Source: Candidatus Zixiibacteriota bacterium (lineage in GTDB: Bacteria > Zixibacteria > MSB-5A5 > WJJR01). Taken from it: a DNA stretch of 24,532 nucleotides. Both the position numbers and the translations under genes were made by a program. The DNA is taken from contig JBKKDE010000044.1 of assembly GCA_046708665.1 (NCBI GenBank), positions 1 through 24,532 of the forward strand, written 5' to 3'. The stretch's first letter is position 1, and every line of letters starts with the position of its first letter. Below, piece after piece: positions 1-9,035 of this stretch. The notes under the pieces are model-generated. The model was given only the letters and a program-made list of their open reading frames with translations. It was not told the origin of the DNA and did no database searches.

Positions 1-265
1 GCATGGCCGACCGCAGCCGGTTGAACACTTCGGTCCGCTCATAAACTTCCCACGACGCGATCCGATCACGTGTCCGCGTCCAGTAGAACGCCGCAGAGTC
101 CCCGCGTGTCCCGACAATGATGTACACCTTGCCACGACGCGACCCGACGACGAGTGCGAGTCGTGTCCGATCCGGTGACCGCCGAATCTGTTCGACTACG
201 CCGCCGACCAGTTCGTTCTGGGCCTCAGCGACCAGTCGTGCGAGCTGCCATCCGATAACTTTCAT
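1..265 (-). CDS. Partial CDS (N-terminus, runs off the left edge); probable RqcH/FbpA (NFACT family) ribosome quality-control protein
   Basis: Not in the supplied track. ATG at 265 (minus) opens 88 stop-free codons to the edge: MKVIGWQLARLVAEAQNELVGGVVEQIRRSPDRTRLALVV... This resembles the NFACT N-terminal pattern (G..L..L..E....L.GG.+.+I). The position divergent from yicC-gmk-rpoZ echoes Bacillus yloA(rqcH)/yloC. Confidence 0.55.
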   Translation of the reverse strand, partial: MKVIGWQLARLVAEAQNELVGGVVEQIRRSPDRTRLALVVGSRRGKVYIIVGTRGDSAAFYWTRTRDRIASWEVYERTEVFNRLRSAM

Positions 266-305
266 TCGTTCAACGCCTTGTACCCCGCAAATGCTGAATG
301 AGTAA

Positions 306-335
306 TTGACTTACCCCTCAAGAATGGTGATTATA
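306..335. promoter_or_regulatory. Putative bidirectional sigma70-type promoter between the left partial CDS and yicC
   Basis: + strand: TTGACT(306-311)-17 bp-GATTAT(329-334). Minus strand: TATAAT at 330-335, with no good -35. Confidence 0.4.
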
Positions 336-347
336 CAAGATTGTACC

Positions 348-1238
348 ATGGCAAAAAAGGACACGATCATATCAAGCATGACCGGATTCGGGCGAGGCGA
401 AGTCCTTAGGGATGGTTGCCGCGCCGTAATTGAGCTCTCGTCGGTCAATAGCCGCTTCCTCGAAGTGTCAATTCGACTGCCGCGTTGGTTGATGGGAATG
501 GAAGCGCCGTTGCGTGGCTTGATCGATAAACGGCTCTCGCGGGGCAAGATATTCGGGCAACTCACTTGGGAGCGCACCGATCTTGCGCCGACTCAGGCAT
601 TCAATGATCGGTTGGCCGATTGGTACGTCGAAAAGCTCGGAGCTATCGCATCACGACACAAGTCGCTCGGTCCACTCACTCAGGGTGACCTGCTCCGTGT
701 CCCCGATCTGTGGGGTTCACAGTCCGAGAATATCGATGCGACCATTGAGTCGATCCTAAATGATGCGCTGATCGCTGCGCTCGACCAATTGATCGAGGCA
801 CGCAATCGCGAAGGACAGGCACTGGCACACGATCTCGCAGAACGTGTTCGTCTGGTGGAAGACTATGTCGGCAAGATCAAAGCACTCGCCGACTTGGTTC
901 CCGCTGCCATGCGCGACAAGCTGGAAGCCCGTGTCCAAGAGCTGTTTGGTCAGGCGGGTTACGATCCGCAGCGACTGTCGCAAGAGATCGCCTATATGGC
1001 GGAACGCGCCGATATCACTGAAGAATGTGTCCGTCTGTCGGTTCACACGAAGCATTTTAGCGAGACACTCGACTCCGGCGAAGCCGCGGGACGTCGATTG
1101 AATTTCCTCATGCAGGAGATGAATCGCGAGGCGAACACGATCGGTTCCAAATCGGCGTCGTCGGAAATATCGACCTACGCGGTGCAGCTGAAGGAAGAAC
1201 TCGAACGGATTCGCGAGCAAGTTCAGAACATTGAGTAG
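348..1238 (+). CDS. yicC: YicC/YloC family endoribonuclease
   Basis: SMTGFGRG N-terminal motif, VNSRFLEV, RLSQEIAYMAERADITEECVRL, GRRLNFLMQEMNREANTIGSKS and C-terminal ERIREQVQNIE. ATG 348 preferred over TTG 306. Confidence 0.95.
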   Translation: MAKKDTIISSMTGFGRGEVLRDGCRAVIELSSVNSRFLEVSIRLPRWLMGMEAPLRGLIDKRLSRGKIFGQLTWERTDLAPTQAFNDRLADWYVEKLGAIASRHKSLGPLTQGDLLRVPDLWGSQSENIDATIESILNDALIAALDQLIEARNREGQALAHDLAERVRLVEDYVGKIKALADLVPAAMRDKLEARVQELFGQAGYDPQRLSQEIAYMAERADITEECVRLSVHTKHFSETLDSGEAAGRRLNFLMQEMNREANTIGSKSASSEISTYAVQLKEELERIREQVQNIE

Positions 1239-1263
1239 CTGAAGGGGCAGGCCGGATCTCAAG

Positions 1264-1881
1264 ATGAGCAGAGGACGTTGGACCGGCACCGGGCTGTTGG
1301 TTGTAATTTCGGCTCCCTCGGGCGGCGGCAAGTCAACTGTCATCAGCGCCTTGCGTCGACGTCACCCTGAGTTCTTATACTCGATTTCGGTGACTACCAG
1401 AAGCAAGAGGACCGGCGAACGCTCCGGAGTGCATTACTACTTCGCAACATCTGACGAATTTGAGAGACTGAAGAATGAGAAGAAACTGATCGAGTGGGCA
1501 ACGGTTCATGGACAGTCGTACGGGACACCCCGCTCAAACTTAGATCGCGCGATGAGTCAGAAGCGAGTGATGCTGTTCGATCTCGATGTCCAGGGTGCTG
1601 CCTCAATGCGAGGGTCCGAGCCAGATGTAGTCAGCATCTTCCTGTTGCCGACATCTATGGCGACATTAGTTCGACGGTTAAAGGGTAGACGGACCGATGA
1701 CAAGGGGACTATCGAACGGCGCCTCAAGACAGCCCAAGAGGAGCTCGCCCGCGCCGGAGAGTATCAGTATCTGGTCACGAACAATGACCTCGACGATTGC
1801 GTACAAGACTGTGAATCGATAATTCGAGCCGAACTTCTAAGGCGCGAACGGCGCCCCGCAGTTGCTGTGGCAGGGACGTGA
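1264..1881 (+). CDS. gmk: Guanylate kinase
   Basis: P-loop ISAPSGGGKST, SVTTRSKRTGERSGVHYYF, YGTP, LDVQGA; conserved position after yicC. Confidence 0.96.
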   Translation: MSRGRWTGTGLLVVISAPSGGGKSTVISALRRRHPEFLYSISVTTRSKRTGERSGVHYYFATSDEFERLKNEKKLIEWATVHGQSYGTPRSNLDRAMSQKRVMLFDLDVQGAASMRGSEPDVVSIFLLPTSMATLVRRLKGRRTDDKGTIERRLKTAQEELARAGEYQYLVTNNDLDDCVQDCESIIRAELLRRERRPAVAVAGT

Positions 1882-1921
1882 TAGAAACCTGAATGCACTT
1901 CGCTCAAGAAAGGTGTGATAA

Positions 1922-2275
1922 ATGGCCAAGTATGACATGGATGACCGCGCCGCAATGGACGCGGATCACGACGACGATCAATCGTTTTCCCCAGCCGCAC
2001 GGCCCGAACGGGCTCGCCCCTCGATCGGACGACGTCCCGCTCGGCTGGTTTCGTTGGAGCGGCTCACGGAGTTTGCCAAAAACCGCTACGAAGGTGTTCT
2101 GATCGCTTCAGCCCGGGCGCGGCAGCTCAATGCCAAGAAGCTGGCGATGGAAGAACGTGGTATGGAAGAAGCGCTCGACCTCAAGCGACTGAAGATGACC
2201 ACATTCGCCATGACAGAGCTTGTTGAAGGTAAGCTCAAGGTAGAACGTCCGAACGAATCCGCCGATAAGGCATAA
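1922..2275 (+). CDS. rpoZ: RNA polymerase omega subunit with N-terminal extension
   Basis: NRYEGVLIASARARQL core, and the conserved gmk-rpoZ order. AAGGT RBS at 1909-1913. Confidence 0.85.
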   Translation: MAKYDMDDRAAMDADHDDDQSFSPAARPERARPSIGRRPARLVSLERLTEFAKNRYEGVLIASARARQLNAKKLAMEERGMEEALDLKRLKMTTFAMTELVEGKLKVERPNESADKA

Positions 2276-2314
2276 TTTTAACACGCTGTTGCACAATTAG
2301 TTGTAGCAATTTTT

Positions 2315-2347
2315 CGACCGGCGTCTCATTGACGTCGGTCGATTTTG
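2315..2347 (+). terminator. Probable intrinsic terminator after rpoZ
   Basis: CGACCGGCGTC(2315-2325)/GACGTCGGTCG(2331-2341) 11-bp stem with one G-U pair, followed by ATTTTG. Confidence 0.5.
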
Positions 2348-2573
2348 CTTGTCAGAGGCGTGGGTTACAGCACAGATTTGCCGCCCTTTGCCACACTAGA
2401 AGGATGGGATAATTGATCATTTCTTTACCTATTGGCTAAGTCCCACATCTAATGTCCCGATAATCTGAGCGTAACTGTATCCCGGGCCGATTGAGTTCAA
2501 TTAGGGAACAGAAACACAGGATCACTGTTGGAAGCGTTCGGACCAGAGACGACACTCAAAACCTAAGGCCTTT

Positions 2574-4871
2574 ATGCCCAAGAACTTAGTAATCGTAGAA
2601 TCACCGACAAAGACCAAGACACTGAAGAAGTTCCTCGGTGCTGGTTATGCTGTAGAGGCCACGATGGGCCACATTATAGACCTCCCGGGAAGTCGGCTCG
2701 GGGTTGATGTGGAGAATGACTTCCGCCCCGAGTACGAGCAAATTGAAGGGAAAGAGAAGGTCATCAAGGCCCTCAAAGAGGCCGCGAAAAAGGCCAACGT
2801 CATCTATCTCGCGCCCGACCCTGATCGTGAGGGAGAAGCCATCGCCTGGCACGTGGCCAGCATCCTGAAAGGCACCAAGGCAAAGCTCCGCCGCGCTACA
2901 TTTAATGAGATCACCAAGACTGCGGTAAGCGAGGCACTTAAGAATGCCGGTGAGATCGACCAGCACAAAGTCGACGCCCAGCAGGCCAGACGCGTTCTCG
3001 ACCGCCTCGTTGGATATCAGATCAGCCCGTTCCTTTGGAAGACAGTCTGCCGCGGTCTGTCAGCAGGTCGCGTTCAGTCGGTAGCCCTACGCTTGGTGTG
3101 CGAACGAGAGGCCGAGATCCGCGCCTTCGTTCCGCAAGAGTACTGGACAATCGACGTTGATCTATTTAAGAAGGGCGACAAGTCGAAGACGGTTTTCACC
3201 GCCGCAGTGTCAGAGCGCGAAGGTGAAAAACTTGATATTCTCGAGGAAGCCACAGCCCGCAAGATTGAGACTGAACTGCGCGATGCGGACTACTCGGTCA
3301 CGAATGTCAAGACCACCGACCGCAAGCGCCAGCCCTACCCGCCGTACGTTACCTCCACCATTCAACAGGATGCCGCCGCACGTGTCCGATTCTCGCCGAA
3401 GAAGACGATGTCGGTGGCGCAGGGTCTGTACGAAGGCGTCGAAATCGGCGATAAGGGTCCGATCGGTCTCATCACCTACATGCGTACTGATTCTACACGC
3501 GTCGCTGCGGAGGCGCAGACCGCGGCGCGTGAATTGATCGTGTCCGAATATGGCGAGGAGTACTGTCCCGAGAAACCACCGGTGTACGCATCGAAGAAAC
3601 GAACCCAGGACGCGCACGAAGCCATACGTCCGACCTACTTTGATCTGCCACCGGCGACTATAAAGAAATACCTCTCGCCCGATCAGCTCAAACTCTACAC
3701 GCTGATCTGGAATCGTTTCATCGCCTCCCAGATGGCGCCCGCGGAAATCGAACGTACGTCAGTCGAAATCAGCGCCAAGGCGTCAGATCCGAAGTCCAAG
3801 AAAGGCGTTGAGTACACCCTTAAGACAGGTGCCGAGAAGATCGTATTCCTCGGATTCCTCAAAGTCTATGAGGACGTGACGGAAGAAAATGGCAACGGCA
3901 AGCCGACCGTATCACTGCCCAAGTTACAGGAGAAAGATCCTCTGTCGATGGTTGAGGTCAAGCCGGAGCAACACTTTACCAAGCCACCGGCGCGCTACAG
4001 CGAAGCGTCCTTGGTCAAGGAATTGGAAGCGAATGGAATCGGACGCCCGTCGACGTACGCGCAGATCATCTCCACGATCATTCAACGCAACTACGTGAAA
4101 CTCGAGGAGCGACGTCTCTATACGACCGACCTCGGGGAGACCGTCAACTCGATTCTCGTTGATGCCTTTTCGGAACTATTCAACGTCGAGTTCACGGCCG
4201 AGATGGAACTGGAACTAGACCGCATCGAGGAAGGCACCGAGTCGTGGACCGAGATCATGCACGCCTTCTATGGCCCGCTCTCCGGTTCACTCGAGCATGC
4301 CTCCGGGCGCATAGACGAAATCAAACAGTCACACCGTCAGATACTGCCCGATCCGTGCCCGGAATGCAGTGCGCAATTGATCGTTCGCTGGTCGCGCACA
4401 GGAAAATTCGTTGCCTGCTCCAGCTATCCGAAGTGCCGCTACACCAGCGACGCCGGCAAGTCTGACCCCTTGCCGACCGAAGCCACCGATCAGGTTTGCG
4501 AAAAATGCAGCTCACCAATGGTCATCAAGACAGGACGTTTCGGGCGCTTCATGGCCTGCTCCGGTTATCCAGGATGCAAGAACACAAAGGCGATCCCGAC
4601 TGGCGTGACATGTCCCGAAGATGGCTGCAAGGGCGATCTGGTTCCGCGACGCACACGATTCGGGCGCACGTTCTATTCGTGTTCAACGTACCCCGAATGC
4701 AAATACGCTGTCTGGAATCGTCCCGTGCCGCAGCCATGTCCGCAGTGCAGTTCCAAGTTCATGCTTGCCAAGTCCACGAAAGCGAAGGGCGAGCACATGG
4801 AGTGTCCGACGTGCAAAAACGTCGTACTTCCCGAAGTGAAAGTCGAGCAACCGGAACCGGTCGAAGTCTGA
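2574..4871 (+). CDS. topA: DNA topoisomerase I (type IA) with C-terminal C4 zinc ribbons
   Basis: LVIVESPTK, GHIIDLP, APDPDREGEAIAWH, LSAGRVQS, catalytic ITYMRTDS, GIGRPSTYA. Three zf-C4 repeats plus a terminal CPQC...CPTC. Confidence 0.98.
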   Translation: MPKNLVIVESPTKTKTLKKFLGAGYAVEATMGHIIDLPGSRLGVDVENDFRPEYEQIEGKEKVIKALKEAAKKANVIYLAPDPDREGEAIAWHVASILKGTKAKLRRATFNEITKTAVSEALKNAGEIDQHKVDAQQARRVLDRLVGYQISPFLWKTVCRGLSAGRVQSVALRLVCEREAEIRAFVPQEYWTIDVDLFKKGDKSKTVFTAAVSEREGEKLDILEEATARKIETELRDADYSVTNVKTTDRKRQPYPPYVTSTIQQDAAARVRFSPKKTMSVAQGLYEGVEIGDKGPIGLITYMRTDSTRVAAEAQTAARELIVSEYGEEYCPEKPPVYASKKRTQDAHEAIRPTYFDLPPATIKKYLSPDQLKLYTLIWNRFIASQMAPAEIERTSVEISAKASDPKSKKGVEYTLKTGAEKIVFLGFLKVYEDVTEENGNGKPTVSLPKLQEKDPLSMVEVKPEQHFTKPPARYSEASLVKELEANGIGRPSTYAQIISTIIQRNYVKLEERRLYTTDLGETVNSILVDAFSELFNVEFTAEMELELDRIEEGTESWTEIMHAFYGPLSGSLEHASGRIDEIKQSHRQILPDPCPECSAQLIVRWSRTGKFVACSSYPKCRYTSDAGKSDPLPTEATDQVCEKCSSPMVIKTGRFGRFMACSGYPGCKNTKAIPTGVTCPEDGCKGDLVPRRTRFGRTFYSCSTYPECKYAVWNRPVPQPCPQCSSKFMLAKSTKAKGEHMECPTCKNVVLPEVKVEQPEPVEV

Positions 4872-4906
4872 CGCACTTGCCTCAATTTTAATCTCTAAGA
4901 TTCGAC

Positions 4907-4939
4907 ACAGCCGTGGGGTTGCGTCATGCCCACGGCTGT
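4907..4939. other. Perfect 11-bp inverted repeat (stem-loop) between topA and xerC
   Basis: ACAGCCGTGGG(4907-4917) / CCCACGGCTGT(4929-4939), 11-nt loop, no U-tract on either side. Confidence 0.6.
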
Positions 4940-5026
4940 CATACCTTGTGCCCTCGCGTTCGTACTATCACGTGGCGTTCACTTTCTGTGCTCAACGCCA
5001 AACATTGAACGCACTGGGGCAAGAGT

Positions 5027-5929
5027 ATGGCGGATACATTGTCGGTGTGGGCCAAACGGTTTACCGAAGACCTGGGCGCGGTGCGCCGCTATTCGCCGCT
5101 CACGGTCACGGCCTACGAGCGCGATTTGTCACGCTTCATTGTGTCGCAGAAACTCACAGATGTGCCCCCTGGTGATCGCACATTTTCCCCGCAACGGTTT
5201 CAGAATCATCTGGCCTCACTGGCTGCAGACGGACTCTCAAATCGCTCTATAGCTCGATCCGCCGCAGTATTGCGGTCGTTCCTTTCATTCCTGTACCGAC
5301 GCGGCGCAACTGATGCCGACTGGGCCGAACGGGTGCCGTCGGTCAAGTTTGCTGCGTCTCTGCCCCGGTTCGTGAGCGAATCCCAGATGCACACATGGCT
5401 CGCGGCGCTTCCAACTTCGACTCGCTGGGAGCTGCGCAATCGCGCCCTCATCGAGTTGATGTACGCGACAGGGGCACGCGTGGCTGAAGTTGTCGGATTG
5501 AATTGGCGAGAAGCCGACCTCGAGAAGCAAACAGTTCGCCTGTTTGGGAAGCGTAGCCGTGAGAGAGTCGCCCCGCTGGGGGAACACGTGGTGAATACTC
5601 TCAACGCGCTGATCGCCGCCAGCCCGGCCGCGGCCACTGTGGAGACCATGCCCATCTTCGTCAATCGACGCGAGGGACGGCTAACGACCAGAAGTGTCTC
5701 GAACATCGTCGCCGACTCATTCGCGCTCGCGACTGGCGGACACACATCCCCGCATCGTCTCAGGCACACATGCGCCACACACCTGCTTGACCACGGCGCC
5801 GACCTCTTGTCATTGCAGCAATTGCTCGGGCACCAGAGCATTTCTACAACGCAGATATACACACACACCACTCCTCACAGACTTGCCGAAGTGTACAAGA
5901 AACACTTTCCTGGCGAGAAGGCGGTATGA
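5027..5929 (+). CDS. xerC: XerC-type tyrosine recombinase
   Basis: Catalytic set intact: LMYATGAR, FGKRSRER, HRLRH, LLGH, TTQIYTH. Sits in the topA-xerC-hslV-hslU context. Confidence 0.9.
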   Translation: MADTLSVWAKRFTEDLGAVRRYSPLTVTAYERDLSRFIVSQKLTDVPPGDRTFSPQRFQNHLASLAADGLSNRSIARSAAVLRSFLSFLYRRGATDADWAERVPSVKFAASLPRFVSESQMHTWLAALPTSTRWELRNRALIELMYATGARVAEVVGLNWREADLEKQTVRLFGKRSRERVAPLGEHVVNTLNALIAASPAAATVETMPIFVNRREGRLTTRSVSNIVADSFALATGGHTSPHRLRHTCATHLLDHGADLLSLQQLLGHQSISTTQIYTHTTPHRLAEVYKKHFPGEKAV

Positions 5930-5932
5930 CCG

Positions 5933-6475
5933 ATGACGCGTGATCACCAGTGGCGCTCGACAACTATCCTCGGGCTCACCGTTCGCGGCAAGACTGCGAT
6001 GGGAGGCGATGGCCAAGTCACGTTCGACGATACCATCATGAAACACATGGCCAAAAAGGTTCGTCGGTTGGGCGACTGGCCGATCCTTGCGGGATTCGCA
6101 GGTGCGTCGGCTGATGCCTTCACGCTGTTCGAGCGTTTCGAGATGAAACTCGAAGACTTCAACGGCAACCTACCGCGCGCCGCGGTTGAATTGGCCAAGG
6201 ATTGGCGGCTCGACAAATACCTCCGTCGGCTCGAAGCCATGCTGGCCGTCATTGATGCCGAGCATGGATTGATCATTTCCGGAAACGGCGATGTCATCGA
6301 GCCCGATGACGGAATCGTTGCGATTGGTTCCGGCGCTCCGTATGCCGTTGCCGCCGCGCGTGCCATGGTTCGCCACACCAAGCTCAATGCCGATCAGATC
6401 GCGCGCTCAGCGTTGGAGATCACGTCTGATATTTGCATTTTCACCAACAAAGACATCACCGTGGAAGTGCTGTAG
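5933..6475 (+). CDS. hslV: ATP-dependent protease subunit HslV
   Basis: Ntn TTI active site after a short propeptide, [40 protein letters not shown]. Confidence 0.97.
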   Translation: MTRDHQWRSTTILGLTVRGKTAMGGDGQVTFDDTIMKHMAKKVRRLGDWPILAGFAGASADAFTLFERFEMKLEDFNGNLPRAAVELAKDWRLDKYLRRLEAMLAVIDAEHGLIISGNGDVIEPDDGIVAIGSGAPYAVAAARAMVRHTKLNADQIARSALEITSDICIFTNKDITVEVL

Positions 6476-6486
6476 GACAATCATCG

Positions 6487-7914
6487 ATGCGCGAAGCCCA
6501 GAAATCCTCGAAGATCGCGAAGACCTCCGAGTCATCGGAGTTGCGGCTGGATGAAGAGCTGACCCCCCAACAGATCGTGACCGAGCTGGATCGGTTTATC
6601 GTCGGCCAGGATCGTGCCAAACGCGCGGTGGCCATCGCGCTACGGAACCGTTGGCGTAGACAGCACGTTCAGGGCGAGCTGCGCGACGAGATCATGCCGA
6701 ACAACATAATCATGATCGGCCCCACCGGTGTCGGGAAGACAGAAATCGCCCGACGTCTCGCCGCGCTCGCCGGCGCGCCGTTTCTTAAGGTCGAAGCATC
6801 CAAGTACACGGAAGTGGGATATGTCGGACGCGATGTTGAATCGATGGTCAGAGACCTGGCCGACTTGTCGGTGGCGATGGTCAAGCGCGAACGCGCCGAC
6901 AAAGTTGCCGACAAAGCTGCAGAATTGGCCGATGAACGTGTCTTAGACCTCCTGTTGCCGCCGCTCGCGCGTCGATCACAGAAACCCTCGTCGTCGGACG
7001 GGTCGGACCAGGAGGCGTTGGCAAAATGGGAGCGGACGCGCGTGAAATTGCGTTCTCAATTGAAAGAGAATATACTCGACGATAAACAAGTCGAATTGGA
7101 CTCAAGCCCCCAACGCTTCCCCATCGTCGAGGTACTTTCGCCATCCGGAATTGAAGACCTTGGGGTCAATGTCCAGGAAATGTTCTCTTCAATGATGCCC
7201 AAAAAAGCGAAGCGTCGCAAGGTGTCGGTCGCCGATGCTCGGCGCATTCTCACCGCCGAAGAAATTGACAAGCTGGTCGACATGGACGACTGCGTCGGTT
7301 TGGCCATCGCCCATGTCGAGAACTCCGGGATCATCTTCATTGATGAACTCGACAAGATTGCCGCGGATCGATCCAAGTTCTCAAGCGGCCCGGATGTCTC
7401 GCGCGAAGGTGTGCAACGCGACATATTGCCGATTATCGAGGGCACCAGCATCATGACGCGCTATGGTATGGTGAAGACCGATCACATTCTCTTCATTGCC
7501 GCAGGCGCATTTCATATCGCCAAGCCGTCCGACCTGATTCCCGAGTTGCAGGGACGTTTCCCGATTCGGGTTGAGTTGGACTCGCTCGTCGCAGCGGATT
7601 TCGTGCGCATCCTGACAGAACCGCAGAATGCGTTGTCCAAGCAATACAAGGCATTGCTCGCGACTGAAAAAGTGGAAATCGAATTCACCGACGATGCCAT
7701 TGACGAGATCGCACAAACCGCCCAAACCGTGAACGACCGCACTGAGAATATTGGCGCACGGCGGCTCCACACGATCATGACCACCCTGCTCGAAGAGCTG
7801 ATGTTTCGCGCACCGGGGCAGAAGGTCAAGAAAGTGGTGTTTGACCGTCGTGATGTTCAGAAGACATTGCGTGACATTGTCGAAGACGAAGACCTCAGCA
7901 GATACATCCTCTAA
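6487..7914 (+). CDS. hslU: ATP-dependent protease ATPase subunit HslU
   Basis: Walker [10 protein letters not shown], Walker [38 protein letters not shown]-terminal DLSRYIL. ATG 6487 (AGGA at 6473-6476) preferred over 6433, which overlaps hslV. Confidence 0.97.
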   Translation: MREAQKSSKIAKTSESSELRLDEELTPQQIVTELDRFIVGQDRAKRAVAIALRNRWRRQHVQGELRDEIMPNNIIMIGPTGVGKTEIARRLAALAGAPFLKVEASKYTEVGYVGRDVESMVRDLADLSVAMVKRERADKVADKAAELADERVLDLLLPPLARRSQKPSSSDGSDQEALAKWERTRVKLRSQLKENILDDKQVELDSSPQRFPIVEVLSPSGIEDLGVNVQEMFSSMMPKKAKRRKVSVADARRILTAEEIDKLVDMDDCVGLAIAHVENSGIIFIDELDKIAADRSKFSSGPDVSREGVQRDILPIIEGTSIMTRYGMVKTDHILFIAAGAFHIAKPSDLIPELQGRFPIRVELDSLVAADFVRILTEPQNALSKQYKALLATEKVEIEFTDDAIDEIAQTAQTVNDRTENIGARRLHTIMTTLLEELMFRAPGQKVKKVVFDRRDVQKTLRDIVEDEDLSRYIL

Positions 7915-7924
7915 CAGCGGCACT

Positions 7925-7949
7925 TGATCGCGGGGTCGTTCCGCGATCA
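7925..7949. other. Stem-loop between hslU and argF
   Basis: TGATCGCGG(7925-7933)/CCGCGATCA(7941-7949) perfect 9-bp stem; no U-tract. Confidence 0.45.
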
Positions 7950-7967
7950 TTCATGGAGCTAAATGCC

Positions 7968-9002
7968 ATGGTTGCGAAGAAGTCGACTGCGAAAAAAGCA
8001 AAAGTGAAATCCAAGCTGCCTGCCAAGGCCAACAAGAAGATTGTGCCGTCGAAAAAGACTCCCACATCAAAGTCAGGGATGCCGGCTGGTGTAAAGGTGA
8101 AGGACTTTCTACGCGTCAGCGACTTTACCGGCGCCGAAATCCGCGCGACTATCGATTGGGCGATTGCCTGGAAGAAAGGAGAGGTTGCCCCACGTCCCCT
8201 GGCGAATCAGTCGGTGGGGTGCATCTTTCACAAACCCTCATTGCGCACGCGGCAAAGCTTCGAGACCGCAGTTTTCCGCTTGGGCGGTCATCCGATGTTC
8301 ATCACTGATGCTGAGATTCAGCTGGGTGTGCGTGAGTCGATCCACGATGTCGCCAAGGTCATGTCGCGGTATCTCGGTGCCATCGTAATCCGAACGTTCA
8401 AGCAGTCGGATGTCGATGAATTGGCACGTCACGCGACCGTACCTGTCATCAATGCTCTGACCGATGCTTCACACCCGTGCCAAATCATGGGCGATATCCT
8501 GACCGCATGTGAACACTTGGGTCGTATTGATAATCTGGCCGTTGCATTCATGGGTGACGGAAACAACGTTTTCCACTCGTGGGTAGAATTGGCAGCGAGG
8601 ATTCCCATGGATCTGCGGTTGGCCACGTCGCAGCAGACGTTACCGGATATGGAACTCGTTGAGATGGCGCGACGTGAAGGACTTTCCAAGATCACGGTGA
8701 CCCATGACCCCAAGGCAGCTGTCGCCGGCGTCGATCTTGTGTACACGGACGTGTGGGCTTCGATGGGGCAGAAGGATCAAGTGTACGAGAAGGAAAAACT
8801 TCTAAAACCATTCCAAGTCAATTCCAATCTCATAAGGGGTGCCAAATCGACCGCGATCGTGATGCATTGCCTGCCAGCCGAGCGCGGCCGGGAGATTACC
8901 GACGAAGTGATCGATAGCCGTCAATCAGTGGTCTTTGATGAAGCAGAAAACCGACTCTGGGCCCAAGGTGCAATAATCGCGCAATTGCTGGCCAGACGCT
9001 AA
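7968..9002 (+). CDS. argF: Ornithine carbamoyltransferase with Lys-rich N-terminal tail
   Basis: Carbamoyl-phosphate motif KPSLRT, HPCQ, DVWASMG (ornithine SMG loop), HCLP, AENR. GGAG RBS at 7955-7958 favours ATG 7968. Confidence 0.92.
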   Translation: MVAKKSTAKKAKVKSKLPAKANKKIVPSKKTPTSKSGMPAGVKVKDFLRVSDFTGAEIRATIDWAIAWKKGEVAPRPLANQSVGCIFHKPSLRTRQSFETAVFRLGGHPMFITDAEIQLGVRESIHDVAKVMSRYLGAIVIRTFKQSDVDELARHATVPVINALTDASHPCQIMGDILTACEHLGRIDNLAVAFMGDGNNVFHSWVELAARIPMDLRLATSQQTLPDMELVEMARREGLSKITVTHDPKAAVAGVDLVYTDVWASMGQKDQVYEKEKLLKPFQVNSNLIRGAKSTAIVMHCLPAERGREITDEVIDSRQSVVFDEAENRLWAQGAIIAQLLARR

Positions 9003-9035
9003 ACCGTGATATCTTCTAACTCACAGGAGGGTTGC

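Noticed and set aside
117-305. 62-aa + strand ORF from the track
   Set aside because: It overlaps the better-supported minus-strand ORF at 1..265 and has no protein-like features.
756-1343. Long antisense ORFs (756..1343, 7381..7950, 9633..10196, 12190..12780, 23189..23740 and similar)
   Set aside because: They shadow well-supported + strand genes, show no recognisable motifs, and are expected in GC-rich DNA.
2400-2505. Fur-box-like GATAATTGATCATT and palindrome ATTGAGTTCAAT upstream of topA
   Set aside because: Spacing does not fit the Fur consensus, and 5-bp arms are expected by chance.
4872-4906. Possible dif-like site next to xerC (AT-rich stretch)
   Set aside because: It does not match the 11-6-11 dif layout or the XerD arm TTATGTTAAAT on either strand.
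5027-5929. Tyrosine recombinase as the integrase of a mobile element
   Set aside because: It sits in the housekeeping topA-xerC-hslV-hslU arrangement, with no att-like repeats, tRNA target or phage/plasmid genes nearby.
8224-8250. N-acetyl- or succinylornithine carbamoyltransferase, suggested by SLRT instead of STRT
   Set aside because: The DxxxSMG ornithine-binding loop (DVWASMG) of ordinary OTCases is intact, and SLRT also occurs in true OTCases.
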